Positions 46,308 to 58,056 of a stretch of 64,000 nucleotides of DNA are shown here, piece after piece. Numbering within the stretch: position 1 is the stretch's first letter; each line of letters starts with the position of its first letter. The notes under the pieces are model-generated. The model did not search any database. It was given only the letters and a program-made list of their open reading frames with translations, and was not told the origin of the DNA. Both the position numbers and the translations under genes were made by a program. Source of the DNA: Nitrospirota bacterium (GTDB taxonomy: Bacteria; Nitrospirota; UBA9217); the NCBI GenBank assembly GCA_963741205.1, contig CAVUHW010000026.1, positions 288,001 to 352,000 on the forward strand, in the 5' to 3' direction.

Positions 46308-46335
46308 GCAACGGGTGCAACAACGTCACTCTATA
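46308..46335 (+). repeat. 28-bp direct repeat, copy 3
   Basis: GCAACGGGTGCAACAACGTCACTCTATA. Confidence 0.9.
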
Positions 46336-46383
46336 ACATTGTGTGTTAGACTTGTCTGTAAACTTGCATGATTCCCTCAAGGC

Positions 46384-46806
46384 CTACCGTTCATCGCCAA
46401 TAAGCGCCAGGAACTCTTCGGGAGTCATAACCGGAAGCCGGTCCACACGGTAATCCACCTTGTTTCTGGTGATTAGGCAGTCAGCCCGGACATGGATAGC
46501 TGAATAATACTGTACTGCGTCTTCAAAGTCCTTGAAAGCTGAGGTGAGCGAAAGATCGATCACTTTTTCATCGACTGCTGCGACACGAAAGACGATCCTG
46601 AGCTTTTCCAAGACCCGCATCGCTTTGTCTCGTTTCAGTTCCCTGGACAAAAGATAGAACATCGTCGGAAAGCTCTGCGCCGAGAGATAACCCTGGAGCT
46701 TCTTTTCTTCGATCAGGGAAAACAGCTTCGCGGCAGGACCATAATGCGGATCCCGCTTTAGAAAGATGTCGAGGATGACATTGATATCGCAGAGAAGGCT
46801 CTTCAC
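46384..46806 (-). CDS. PIN-domain toxin (VapC-like)
   Basis: LCDINVILD, KDFEDAVQ, ITRNKVDY; overlaps the antitoxin stop. Confidence 0.9.
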   Translation of the reverse strand: MKSLLCDINVILDIFLKRDPHYGPAAKLFSLIEEKKLQGYLSAQSFPTMFYLLSRELKRDKAMRVLEKLRIVFRVAAVDEKVIDLSLTSAFKDFEDAVQYYSAIHVRADCLITRNKVDYRVDRLPVMTPEEFLALIGDER

Positions 46807-47051
46807 CGGTACTTCTCCGCAAGATGCTTCCGGTACCCCGCTCGCAGTTGCGCGGCATCCTGCTTGCCCGAAAGTACGCCCGCTACCTCGTACAGGACCG
46901 GCGATTCCCGCACCTCCTGCACTCCCTGTTCAGCAACAGCCTTAAAATAGTCCTCCACCATGCGCGACAGGCTGACACCCTTCCTGCTCGCGGTCTTTTT
47001 TGCCTTATTGATTACGGTCTCATCCAGTCGTAGGGTCAGTTTCGTGGTCAT
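46803..47051 (-). CDS. Ribbon-helix-helix antitoxin (DUF6364-like)
   Basis: MTTKLTLRLD...GVSLSRMVEDYF...HLAEKY; AAGGAGG RBS. Confidence 0.85.
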   Translation of the reverse strand: MTTKLTLRLDETVINKAKKTASRKGVSLSRMVEDYFKAVAEQGVQEVRESPVLYEVAGVLSGKQDAAQLRAGYRKHLAEKYR

Positions 47052-47066
47052 GAGCGCATCCTCCTT

Positions 47067-47107
47067 GATGACGTACATATATTATAATATTGTACGTCAT
47101 CTGTCAA
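47067..47107 (-). promoter_or_regulatory. TA promoter with palindromic operator
   Basis: TTGACA...TATAAT/TAATAT overlapped by the perfect 11-bp inverted repeat GATGACGTACA-N13-TGTACGTCATC. Confidence 0.75.
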
Positions 47108-47181
47108 GCCCCTCCGCTGACATAAATAGACGAGTCCGGGATAATTTCTCTCCGGCCTTTCAGGTCGATCGCAAGTCCAAT

Positions 47182-47214
47182 AAAAAAGCCGGCAGAGATA
47201 TTCTCCCTGCCGGC
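47182..47214 (-). terminator. groEL terminator
   Basis: GCCGGCAG...CTGCCGGC stem followed by T6 on the minus strand. Confidence 0.75.
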
Positions 47215-47302
47215 CTTTGTGTTTCATTTCCTCGCCTGCACCGCAGCCGGTCATAGACGAAGTGCTCGCCGCGAGTGCAGGGTGTGAAAGGAAATTCTAT
47301 TC

Positions 47303-49297
<1,995 letters not shown>

Positions 49298-49345
49298 ACA
49301 ATTAACTCCTTTCTGTGTTGTAATGGTTTATAGAATATCAGAACG

Positions 49346-49372
49346 TTAGCACTCGTTCAAGGCGAGTGCTAA
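49346..49372. promoter_or_regulatory. CIRCE element (HrcA operator)
   Basis: Perfect TTAGCACTC-N9-GAGTGCTAA upstream of groES. Confidence 0.97.
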
Positions 49373-49485
49373 TATATTGCCCGGCCGCAAAAAAAGCAAA
49401 CCCTATTTTAGGTTATTTACGGCTGATTTTAGCTAGTTACAGGCTTAATTTACTGAAAATCTCAACTTCTCTGACTTCTCATTCA

Positions 49486-49525
49486 TAAAAAAAATAAAAG
49501 CAGGATAGGTATATCCTGCTTTTAT
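49486..49525 (-). terminator. Terminator after ctpA
   Basis: ATAAAAGCAGGATA...TATCCTGCTTTTAT with adjacent A/T tract. Confidence 0.7.
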
Positions 49526-49579
49526 CAATTCCTGCATTTTTTTCGTTTTTGAAGCCAGTCGATTACTATCGAGCCGGTT

Positions 49580-50953
49580 TTATTTCTCTTTTCCCTTTTC
49601 CGGTTCCGCATCCTTCTTCACCGGCGCGGGGACGTTCTTGAAAACATCCGCCGCGATGATGGACGGCTTCAGGATCTCGATCGCCTTCTGGATCTGGATG
49701 TCGTCTTTGTCTTCCTTCGGCATCACTTCCATGGTGAATTCTTCCTCGCCGGCCGGCTGCTCTTTCTTCTTCTTTTCCTCTTTCACCGTCTCGTTCTTCA
49801 AATGGCGGTCAAGGTCCTTCTCGCGGACGACCATGTGCACGGGCTCTCCCTCTTTCGGCTCTTTTACCGTCGGCAGCTTCACCTCGATGTCAGGTGTGAT
49901 GCCTACGTTCTGGATCGAACGGCCGCTCGGCGTATAATACTTGGCCGTCGTAAGCCTGATGCCGCCGTCTTCGAGCGGGAACACGGTCTGCACCGACCCC
50001 TTGCCGAAGGTCTGCGTTCCGACGATCAGCGCCCGCTTTGAATCCTGGAGCGCTCCCGCGACGATCTCCGACGCTGAGGCGCTGCCCGTATTCACCATGA
50101 CGACCATGGGGTAGCCCCGTGGCGTTTCCGCGCTCGTGGTCATGAAGTCCTTCCGGTCCGTCTTCTGCCTGCCCTGCAAATAAACTACGAGACTGTCTTT
50201 GGGCAGGAACTTGCCGCTCACGTCCACCGATGCATCCAGGAGACCGCCCGGATCGTTTCGAAGATCGAGGACCAGTTTTTTCATTCCCTTTGCTTCGAGG
50301 CCTTTCAGCGCCTTTTCCAATTCATCCGCTGTCTGTCCCTGGAACTGGATGATCTTCACATAGCCGATCGACTCGTCGAGCATCTTTGACTTGACGCTGA
50401 CGACCTTGATGACATCGCGGACGATCTTGAAATCGCGGGGCTTGTCCCAGCCTTCCCGGAAGATGAGGAGATTCACCGGCGTGCCCCTGGGCCCTCTCAT
50501 TTTGTCAACCGCCTGTTCAATCGACATATCCTTGGTCCACTCGTCGTTGATTTTCATGATCTTATCGCCGGCGGCGAGACCGGCCCGGAAACCGGGCGTG
50601 TCCTCGATCGGCGCGATGATCGTGAGCTGCTGGTTCTTGACGCCGATCTGAATGCCGACGCCCGTGAACTCGCCCTTGATGTCCATGTTCATTTCCTTGA
50701 ACTGCCGCTCGGTCATATACGACGAATGCGGGTCAAGGCTCGAAATCATCCCCCGGAGCGCGCCCTCGATAAGCTCCTTGGAGTCCGGGTTTTCCACGTA
50801 GTTGCGCTTCACGATCTCCAGCGCCTGCGTGAAGCTCTTCAGGTCTTCATAGGTATCGGACTTGGCTTGCACCATCTGCTGACCGATCAAAATACCGGTC
50901 AGCAATATCACCACCGCTGCAATTAAAAATTTTCTCTTGTTGATCCGAATCAT
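49580..50953 (-). CDS. ctpA: Carboxy-terminal processing protease (S41A, PDZ)
   Basis: LDPHS, DLRNDPGG, SASASEIVAGALQD, FGKGSVQ. Confidence 0.93.
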   Translation of the reverse strand: MIRINKRKFLIAAVVILLTGILIGQQMVQAKSDTYEDLKSFTQALEIVKRNYVENPDSKELIEGALRGMISSLDPHSSYMTERQFKEMNMDIKGEFTGVGIQIGVKNQQLTIIAPIEDTPGFRAGLAAGDKIMKINDEWTKDMSIEQAVDKMRGPRGTPVNLLIFREGWDKPRDFKIVRDVIKVVSVKSKMLDESIGYVKIIQFQGQTADELEKALKGLEAKGMKKLVLDLRNDPGGLLDASVDVSGKFLPKDSLVVYLQGRQKTDRKDFMTTSAETPRGYPMVVMVNTGSASASEIVAGALQDSKRALIVGTQTFGKGSVQTVFPLEDGGIRLTTAKYYTPSGRSIQNVGITPDIEVKLPTVKEPKEGEPVHMVVREKDLDRHLKNETVKEEKKKKEQPAGEEEFTMEVMPKEDKDDIQIQKAIEILKPSIIAADVFKNVPAPVKKDAEPEKGKEK

Positions 50954-51089
50954 TTCGTCATCCTCCACTTCATTCTGCATACTTGTTCTCCCGAATAAGC
51001 ATACGCTCTCTGAAAAATATCATGACCACGCGCAAAATGCAAAAAAATAATTTTCTGTATGTTCCGGTGACCACGCCCACAACGGCAAT

Positions 51090-52323
51090 TTATCTCCTGG
51101 CCAGCCACTGAAGGGGGTCTTCCGCCTCTCCCTTCCGTCTGATCTCAAAGTATAATTTCGAACCTTTCAGGCTTCCGGTCTCTCCGGCGAGGCCGATTGC
51201 CTGTCCCCGGGAAACCCGGTCCCCCTTCTTGAGGTCCAGCCGCGAAAGGTTCCCATAGAGCGTGTAAAAACCGCTCCCATGGTCAAGGATTACGAGTTTC
51301 CCGAACCCCTTGTACCAATCGGCGTATGCCACTTGTCCGCTTTCGACGGCGCGGACCGTCTGACCCTCGTGCGCCTCGATCTCGATGCCTCTGCGGAAAA
51401 CCATGGTCCCGAATTGGGGATGGCGCTGCATGCCGAAACGCGTCAGCAGTGGTCCATCGATGGGCCAGGGCAAACCCCTTTTACCGCCTGCTGATCCTTC
51501 CTCAGGATGTCCGCCGGAAGGCTTTTGCGCCGAGGCGGACCGCCGCTCACGCTCATCCGACCGGATCATTGCCCAAAGGCCGGCCGACTGCTCCTCCAAC
51601 TCGTGTAGTGTCTGCTCGTACAAGCCCTTTTGCTGCCGCACACCCGCCAGCATCGAGGACTTCTGCCGCCTCTTTGCCTCAAGTTCCGCTTTCTTTGCTT
51701 CGAACGCCCGTCTGCGCTGGAGGATCTCCTCTTTTTTCTGCGAAAGACCGGTTTGCTGCGCCTGTAAACGGGTGAGCGCGCTGCCGTACTCTTCGATGAT
51801 CGACCGGTCCCGTTCCGCGATAAGACGCATATACTTGACCTGCTTGACCACGCTGCCCAGGCCGTCCGACGGGTCGAGCATTGCGCCGCCGCTGCGGCTC
51901 ATCTTGTACAGCGCCCGGAGCCTCCTGGCGTAGAGGCCCTTCAGCCCCGTAAGCTCGCGACCGAGCCCGGTCGCTGCTTGTCTCAAGCTCCCGCCGCGCG
52001 GACTCGGCTTCCCTGAGTTTTTTCTGCTGGTCTGCGAGCTCGGCGCTCCCCGCCTGGATCTCATGATCGATCCTGTCGAGGTCCGCAAGGACCGAATGCT
52101 CCTTGCGCTTGGCCTTCTTGATCTCCTTTTTTTTCTCCTGCATCTCGCGCTTGACGCGCTCGAATTCCTTCTTCGTGTCCGAAGTCCCGCCCTCGCCGAA
52201 CCCCGGAGAGGCTGCGAGGCCCGCTGCAAGGATCAGCAGCACGGCGGCAAGGAATATGCGGGGGCCTCTAATTGTCCTTCCACCTGTCTTTAAAGACTTT
52301 TGATGGGGCCTTTCTGGATGCAC
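51090..52323 (-). CDS. envC: Murein hydrolase activator EnvC (coiled coil plus degenerate M23; frameshift near 51965; start uncertain)
   Basis: Signal peptide, coiled coil, WPIDG, RGIEI, GFGKLVILDHG, LYFEIR; follows ftsEX. Confidence 0.85.
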
Positions 52324-52375
52324 CGGCTGTTATCCCTTCGGCGGTGCCCGGCACCGGCCGCTGTGAAATACGGAA

Positions 52376-53264
52376 CTACTCCAGGAACCTGCTCACCGAG
52401 ACCAGACCTCCCGCCAGACCCAGCAGGCCGCCCCCTGCAACGATATATGCTACCACCGAAGGAGGCAAAAAGTCCAGGCCGTTCGCCTGGGACAGGAAGA
52501 GCACGACATCGTGCGGCAGCAGCGAATACAGCACCGCGAGGATGCCGACCGCAAGGGCCGAGCCGAGCACGGCGAGGAGCATGCCCTCGATCAGGAAGGG
52601 GACCTGGATGAACGCGCGCGTCGCCCCGATCCATTGCATCAGTTCTATCTCCTGTCCCCGCGAGTACAGCGCCAGCCTGACCGAGTTGGAGATAATAAAC
52701 ACGACGGAAACGCCGAGCAGGAACGCCAGGGCCGTGCCGCCGTAGGCAAGGAGCTTGTAGAGGCGGATATCACCGCCGCCCCCTGCTTTCCGTAGGTCAC
52801 GTCCTCCACGCCGGCGATAGGCTGAAAATTTCTTCGCCATGGCCTCAAGCCGGTCCGCCTCGGCAAAACGGCGGTCGATTTTCAGCTCGAAGGAATCGGG
52901 GAGCGGGTTTTCACCCAGGCCGTCGACGAGCGCCTCCCGGCCCTTCAGCCCTTTCTTGAACAGGGCGAGCGCCTCGGCCTTGGAAAGCAGAACGGCCTGT
53001 CTTACGGCCGGTTCCGCCTTGAGCCTGCGGAGGAGAAATTCCTTCTCGTGCTCCGTCAAGCCGTCCTTCAGGTACACCGACATCTCGAGCCGGTCTTCCA
53101 GGCTGTTTACCGCCGAGCCGGACATTGAAAAAAACGATCAGGAAAAATCCGACGATGAGCATGGCCATGCTGATGGTGCCGACGGCAAGAAGGTTCACCA
53201 TGCTGTTGGCGCGGAGTCCGCGGAAGGCCTCCGCTATGAAAAAGAACGGGCCATACCCTCTCAC
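52376..53264 (-). CDS. ftsX: Cell division permease FtsX (frameshifts)
   Basis: NPLPDSF, ISNSVRL, EIELMQWIGAT, PFLIEG. Confidence 0.9.
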
Positions 53265-54005
53265 GATTCCCCCTCATGCGGCGAAGCGGCGCTTCCGCCC
53301 TCTCCCGGCTTCGCCGAAAGCCGCGGGGCGGGCTTCGCCGAAGCCTGCCGGCCGTCGTCGATCACCCTTCCCTTCTCCATGGTAATGATCCTTCGCTGCA
53401 TCTTTCTCACCGTCTCCCAGTCATGGGTCGCCACGAGCACCGTCGTGCCTTTCAGGTTAATCTCCCGGAAGAGGCGGAACACCTCCTGGGCGCTCTGCTG
53501 GTCCAGATTGCCGGTGGGCTCGTCCGCAAGGAGCACCTGCGGTTCGTTCACGAGCGCGCGGGCCACGGCCACCTTCTGCTGCTCCCCGCCCGAGAGCTTG
53601 GGAGGCGTGAGGTGCGCTTTGTCCTGCATGCCTACCTTCTTGAGCACGGACAAGGCCCTCCGTTCGATCTCTCCGTAGGGCGTGCCGACGACACTTGAGC
53701 GCCAGGGCGATATTTTCGAAGATGGTCTTGCGGGGGAGGAGTTTGTAATCCTGGAACACGAAGCCCATGTTTCTGCGAAGGTAAGGAATGCTCGAGGCTT
53801 TGAGACGAAAGGTGCTCAACCCCTGGATGATGATCTGCCCTTCATCGGCATGTTCCGCGCAGAAGATGATCTTGAGGAGGGTGGTCTTCCCCGCTCCGGA
53901 GAGGCCGGTGACAAACACAAACTCGCCCTTGTCCACGCTGAAGCTCACGTCGGAGAGGGCGGGAACGCCCTCATAGTATTTGGTCACCCGGTAGAGTTGA
54001 ATCAT
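53261..54005 (-). CDS. ftsE: Cell division ATPase FtsE (frameshift near 53690)
   Basis: GLSGAGKTT, FVFQDYKLL, LSGGEQQ, ADEPTGNLD. Confidence 0.92.
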
Positions 54006-54015
54006 TCTTCAAAAG

Positions 54016-54105
54016 AGTAGCAAGTAGCGAAGTAGCATGGAACAAGGGGTAGTCAAGGTTTCCTTGCCCCTTGCTACTTGCTCCTTGCTACTTGCTACTT
54101 GCTCC
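54016..54105. repeat. Heptamer tandem/inverted repeat (AGTAGCA / TGCTACT)
   Basis: AGTAGCAAGTAGCGAAGTAGC...TTGCTACTTGCTCCTTGCTACTTGCTACTTGC. Confidence 0.7.
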
Positions 54106-54131
54106 TCGACCCTTGCTTCTTCTTAATCACT

Positions 54132-55061
54132 TCACTTCACCGCCGCCGCGATATGCTCCGCCGAGATGCCGTAGTGCCTGAGAAGGCCTTCGTGGTCGCC
54201 GGAGGTCCCGAAGGAGTCCTTGATCCCGACGCGCACCATTGGAGCCGGCGCCGATTCGGCAAGCACCTCGGCAACGGCGCCGCCCAGGCCGCCGATGATC
54301 GAATGCTCTTCCGCCGTTACGATGGCGCCCGACTGCCTCGCCGCCTTGATCACGGCCTCGGCGTCGATGGGCTTGATCGTGGACATGTTGATCACGCCGG
54401 CCTCGATCCCCTCCGCCTTGAGCAGGTCCCGGGCCTTGATCGCCTCGGCGACCATAAGGCCCGTGGCAATGATTGCCGCGTCCTTGCCTTCGTTGAACAC
54501 GTGGGCCTTGCCGATCTTGAACCGGTAGTCGGCGCCGAAGAGCGTGGGCACCTTGTTGCGACCCACGCGCACGTAGCAGGGGCCCTTGTGCTCGGCCACC
54601 GCCTCGATGGCCTGCAGGGTCTCGGGGCCGTCCGCCGGAACGATCACCGTCATGTGCGGGATCACCCGCATCACGGCGATGTCCTCGACCGACTGGTGCG
54701 AGCCGCCGTCCTCGCCTACGGTGATGCCGGCGTGGCTCGCCACGATTTTGACGCTCAGGTTCGGATAGCAGATCGACTGCCGCACCTGCTCCCAGGCCCT
54801 GCCCGTTGCAAAGACCGCAAAGGTGCTTACGAAAGGCAGTTTGCCCGCGATCGCGAGCCCGGCCGCGGTGCCCATCATGTCCTGTTCAGCGATACCGATA
54901 TTGAAAAACCTGTCCGGGAACGCCTTGGCGAATTTAGAGGTCTTCGTCGAACCCGAAAGGTCCGCGTCCAGCACCACCACGTCTTCTCTTTTTTTACCGA
55001 GGCTGACCAGCGCATCCCCGTATGCATCCCGTGTCGCGATCTTTGTCACCATTACCCCCAT
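54132..55061 (-). CDS. Transketolase, C-terminal subunit
   Basis: ATRDAYG, GIAEQ, GEDGGSHQ, EEHSIIGGLG. Confidence 0.92.
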   Translation of the reverse strand: MGVMVTKIATRDAYGDALVSLGKKREDVVVLDADLSGSTKTSKFAKAFPDRFFNIGIAEQDMMGTAAGLAIAGKLPFVSTFAVFATGRAWEQVRQSICYPNLSVKIVASHAGITVGEDGGSHQSVEDIAVMRVIPHMTVIVPADGPETLQAIEAVAEHKGPCYVRVGRNKVPTLFGADYRFKIGKAHVFNEGKDAAIIATGLMVAEAIKARDLLKAEGIEAGVINMSTIKPIDAEAVIKAARQSGAIVTAEEHSIIGGLGGAVAEVLAESAPAPMVRVGIKDSFGTSGDHEGLLRHYGISAEHIAAAVK

Positions 55062-55159
55062 ATAGACTGACGCGGTGATTCGGCGACGGGGAGACGTCGA
55101 GAAAAAGACCGAAACAACCCGGCTCTCCGCGTCCATCTGCTCCCCCTTCTCCGCGTCCG

Positions 55160-55999
55160 TTATTTACACACTGCCTCTTCCAGTTCCTTCACCGCAATCG
55201 CGAGTTCTTCCTTCGACGGCGTCGTGCCGTGGAACTCCACTTTGCCTTCGAATACCTTGGAGCCTTTGCCCTTGACGGTGCGGCAGACGATCATGACGGG
55301 CTTCCCTTTTACCGTCTCGGCCTTGTCGAGTGCGGCGACGAGCTGCTCCATGTCGTGGCCGTCGACATCGAAGACCTCCCAACCGAACGCGCGCCACTTG
55401 TCAACGATCGGCTCCACGCCCATCACCTTCGCCACGGGCCCGTCGATCTGAAGCCCGTTGTTGTCCACGAGCGCACAGAGGTTGTCGAGCTTGTAATGGG
55501 CCGCCGTCATGGCCGCTTCCCATACCTGCCCTTCCTGGAGTTCTCCGTCTCCCAGGAGCGCGTATACGCGGTTCGGCGTCTTGTCGAGCTTGTGCGCGAG
55601 CGCGATCCCGTTCGCAACGGACAGGCCCTGGCCGAGGGACCCCGTGGAGATCTCGACTCCCGGCACGTACTTGCTGTCCGGGTGCCCCTGGAGGCGGGAG
55701 CCGAGCTTTCTGAGCGTGCAGAGCTCCGCGTGCTCGATAAACCCGGCGTGGGCCAGCACGGTATACAAGAGCGGCGCGGCATGTCCCTTCGAGAGGATGA
55801 AATGGTCCCGGCCCTTCCAGTCGGGCTTCTTCGGATCGTACTTCATCTTATAGAAGTACAGGGCCGTCGCGATATCGGCGGCCGAGAGACTGCCGCCCGT
55901 GTGGCCGGAGCCGCAGTCGGTCAGCATCTTCAGGATGTCGATCCGGACCCTCTTTGCCTTGTCCTTCAGGGTCTTCAATTGCTCTTCACTAACTGGCAT
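55160..55999 (-). CDS. Transketolase, N-terminal (ThDP-binding) subunit
   Basis: SGHTGGSLS, LSKGH, LQGHP, GSLGQG, GDGELQEG. Confidence 0.93.
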   Translation of the reverse strand: MPVSEEQLKTLKDKAKRVRIDILKMLTDCGSGHTGGSLSAADIATALYFYKMKYDPKKPDWKGRDHFILSKGHAAPLLYTVLAHAGFIEHAELCTLRKLGSRLQGHPDSKYVPGVEISTGSLGQGLSVANGIALAHKLDKTPNRVYALLGDGELQEGQVWEAAMTAAHYKLDNLCALVDNNGLQIDGPVAKVMGVEPIVDKWRAFGWEVFDVDGHDMEQLVAALDKAETVKGKPVMIVCRTVKGKGSKVFEGKVEFHGTTPSKEELAIAVKELEEAVCK

Positions 56000-56065
56000 G
56001 CACCAAACCTCCTGATTGAATAACCGTAGAGTGGGGTCTTGCTGCGTCACATCGAGAACAGAAAA

Positions 56066-56542
56066 CTATTTATTGCTGCGCTCTTTCTGTTCCTGGGCGA
56101 GGAAATCAAGGATGATGGCGTCGAGGCTCTGTTCTTTTTCCTCTTGCTTCGGGGCGGAAGGCGCAGCCGGGGGCGCTGGTTTCTGGGGCGCCTTCTCCCC
56201 GGCCGAAGCAGCCTTCGGCTCAAGTTCGGGTATTCGGGTGGGGGCCGGCTGAGGAGCAGGCGGCTGATACGCCGCCTCATGCGGAGCGTTGTGTGCCTCG
56301 AGTTTCCCCTTCATCAGATCGCGGATCATCTGCTTGTGCTGCTCCATCATGAGCTCGCGTACGACTTCACCCAGGCAATCGGCCTTCAGGATGTCGGCGT
56401 AGCTTGTCTTGCGCGACGCGAGGATCGCCCCCTGATGATAAAGCAAAGACGTTATCGCGGGACTGCCCAGGCCGCCGTCTTCGGTTTGTACGTGGTAGAT
56501 CTTCCCCCGGAACTTGAAGTCGGTATTGTAACCGGTGAGCAT
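56066..56542 (-). CDS. Conserved protein, RomY-like (candidate MglB co-GAP)
   Basis: N-terminal GYNTD...YHVQTED...KTSYADIL...QHKQM domain, Pro/Ala linker, C-terminal SLDAIILDFL; family assignment from recall. Confidence 0.55.
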   Translation of the reverse strand: MLTGYNTDFKFRGKIYHVQTEDGGLGSPAITSLLYHQGAILASRKTSYADILKADCLGEVVRELMMEQHKQMIRDLMKGKLEAHNAPHEAAYQPPAPQPAPTRIPELEPKAASAGEKAPQKPAPPAAPSAPKQEEKEQSLDAIILDFLAQEQKERSNK

Positions 56543-56739
56543 AGATGTGCATTATACAAACGAGAGCGGGAAGATGCAAGCATTTTTACCCCGTTAGAGA
56601 TCGATTGTCGCGGGGATTGCCAAACATGATTTTTTGCCCGGTGACGCCCTCGAAATCACGCCCGGATAAATCTAACGAGGTGAACTTGAAAGCTTTTCGC
56701 TTGACACTCGCTAGGTGGTTAGTGTAATTTTGACTCCGT

Positions 56740-56826
56740 GCCGGTGTGGTGAAATTGGTAGACGCAGAGGACTCAAAATCCTCCGGGGGCAACTCCATGT
56801 CGGTTCGATTCCGACCACCGGCACCA
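56740..56826 (+). tRNA. tRNA-Leu(CAA)
   Basis: GCCGGTG acceptor stem, anticodon loop CT-CAA-AA, long variable arm, GGTTCGATT T-loop, encoded CCA; TTGACA at 56701. Confidence 0.96.
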
Positions 56827-56828
56827 AT

Positions 56829-56859
56829 AAAAAAGATCGGGTTTCTGCCGATCTTTTTT
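56829..56859 (+). terminator. tRNA terminator
   Basis: AAAAAAGATCGG...CCGATCTTTTTT. Confidence 0.8.
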
Positions 56860-57020
56860 GCTTTTCAGTGGTCGGACTTGAACCAAGGGGGCATGGGAGA
56901 AAGGTTCACCCATGCTGAGTGCACGAGGGGGCCAGCCCCTTCATGAAGCGGAGCGAGTGAGATTCTGACACCTATAGTCAAGGGAATCATTGATTTTTTT
57001 AATTTTTAAGATGCTCTCAA

Positions 57021-57870
57021 CTACATCATCGCCGCAACTGCCGCCTTCAGTGATGTCGTCGGCCTGTTGATGAGCTTGCTCAGTTGATGGCTGTCGTCAA
57101 ACAGCGCGCCTTTGGAAATGCCCGTGTCGGAATCGGCGATCAATGAGGCGACCGCTTCGGGCAATCCCGCTTTAATAAGAACATTTCTGTATTCGGCTTC
57201 AGGCAGATCCACATAGCCGATGTTCCTGCCCGATTGGCGCGAAATCTCGGCCGCCAGCTCCGCCAGCGTGAAGGCAGTATCTCCTGCCAGTTCATAGATC
57301 CGCCCCGCCTGGTTTTCCGCGGTCATCACGGCAGCCGCTGCTTCCGCGTAGTCGGCGCGTGCGGCCGAGGCAACGCGCCCCTGGCCTGCGCAGCCATACA
57401 CTGCTCCATGAGCCAGTGCGCCGGGTATGCCGGCCGTATAGTTCTCGGTGTACCAGCCATTCCGCAGCAGGGTAAAAGGAATGCCGGATGCATGGATCAA
57501 TGCCTCGGTCTCTTTATGTTCCGCGGCAAGACCCAGCGGCGATGTGTCGGCACGGAGGACACTGGTATATGCCAATAGTTTTACGCCTGTTCGCCTGGCT
57601 GCGTCGATGACGGAACGATGTTGTTTCGCGCGCTGCCCTACCTCGCTGGAAGAGATCAGCAATACTTTGTCCACGTTTTTCAGAGCAGTGTCCCACGTCG
57701 AAGGCTGGTTGTAGTCGGCGTAGCGCACTTGCACGCCCAATGCCGCAATGTCCCTGGCCTTTTCTGACATTTCGCACGGCCGCGACGATGTTAGATGCAG
57801 GTACTTTTTTAAGCAGTGCCGCGATGACCAGACGTCCCAATTGCCCGGTGGCTCCCGTAACAGCGATCAT
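57021..57870 (-). CDS. qorB: NAD(P)H:quinone oxidoreductase QorB/YtfG (NmrA-like SDR; frameshift near 57770)
   Basis: IAVTGATGQLG, LLISSSEVGQR, LRNGWYTENY, YELAGD. Confidence 0.88.
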
Positions 57871-58056
57871 AAGAACTCCTTTCGATAGAGATGATAGTGG
57901 ATGTCCTTCAGACAGCAGCGTGACAGGACCAATTATACCATTATGATAGGCATGCCGGAGCGTGTTCAGGTAAATGATTCGGTCCCGGTGGTCTTTGAGA
58001 AAGCGGCCGCCTTTTCATTGCTGCGGGAAGCGATGTGTTAGACAACATCGGCATAA

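Noticed and set aside
44739-46335. The 28-bp repeats as a CRISPR array
   Set aside because: Spacings are 848 and 721 bp and contain whole genes; no cas genes are in the window.
44739-46335. The 28-bp repeats as integron attC or Xer dif/pdif sites
   Set aside because: No RYYYAAC...GTTRRRY palindromic attC structure, no XerD arm (TTATGTTAAAT-like), and no integrase in the window.
54132-54134. TGA at the transketolase C-terminus as selenocysteine or readthrough
   Set aside because: It is better explained by a normal stop or a 1-nt indel (KEVIKKK... continues in another frame); there is no catalytic Cys context.
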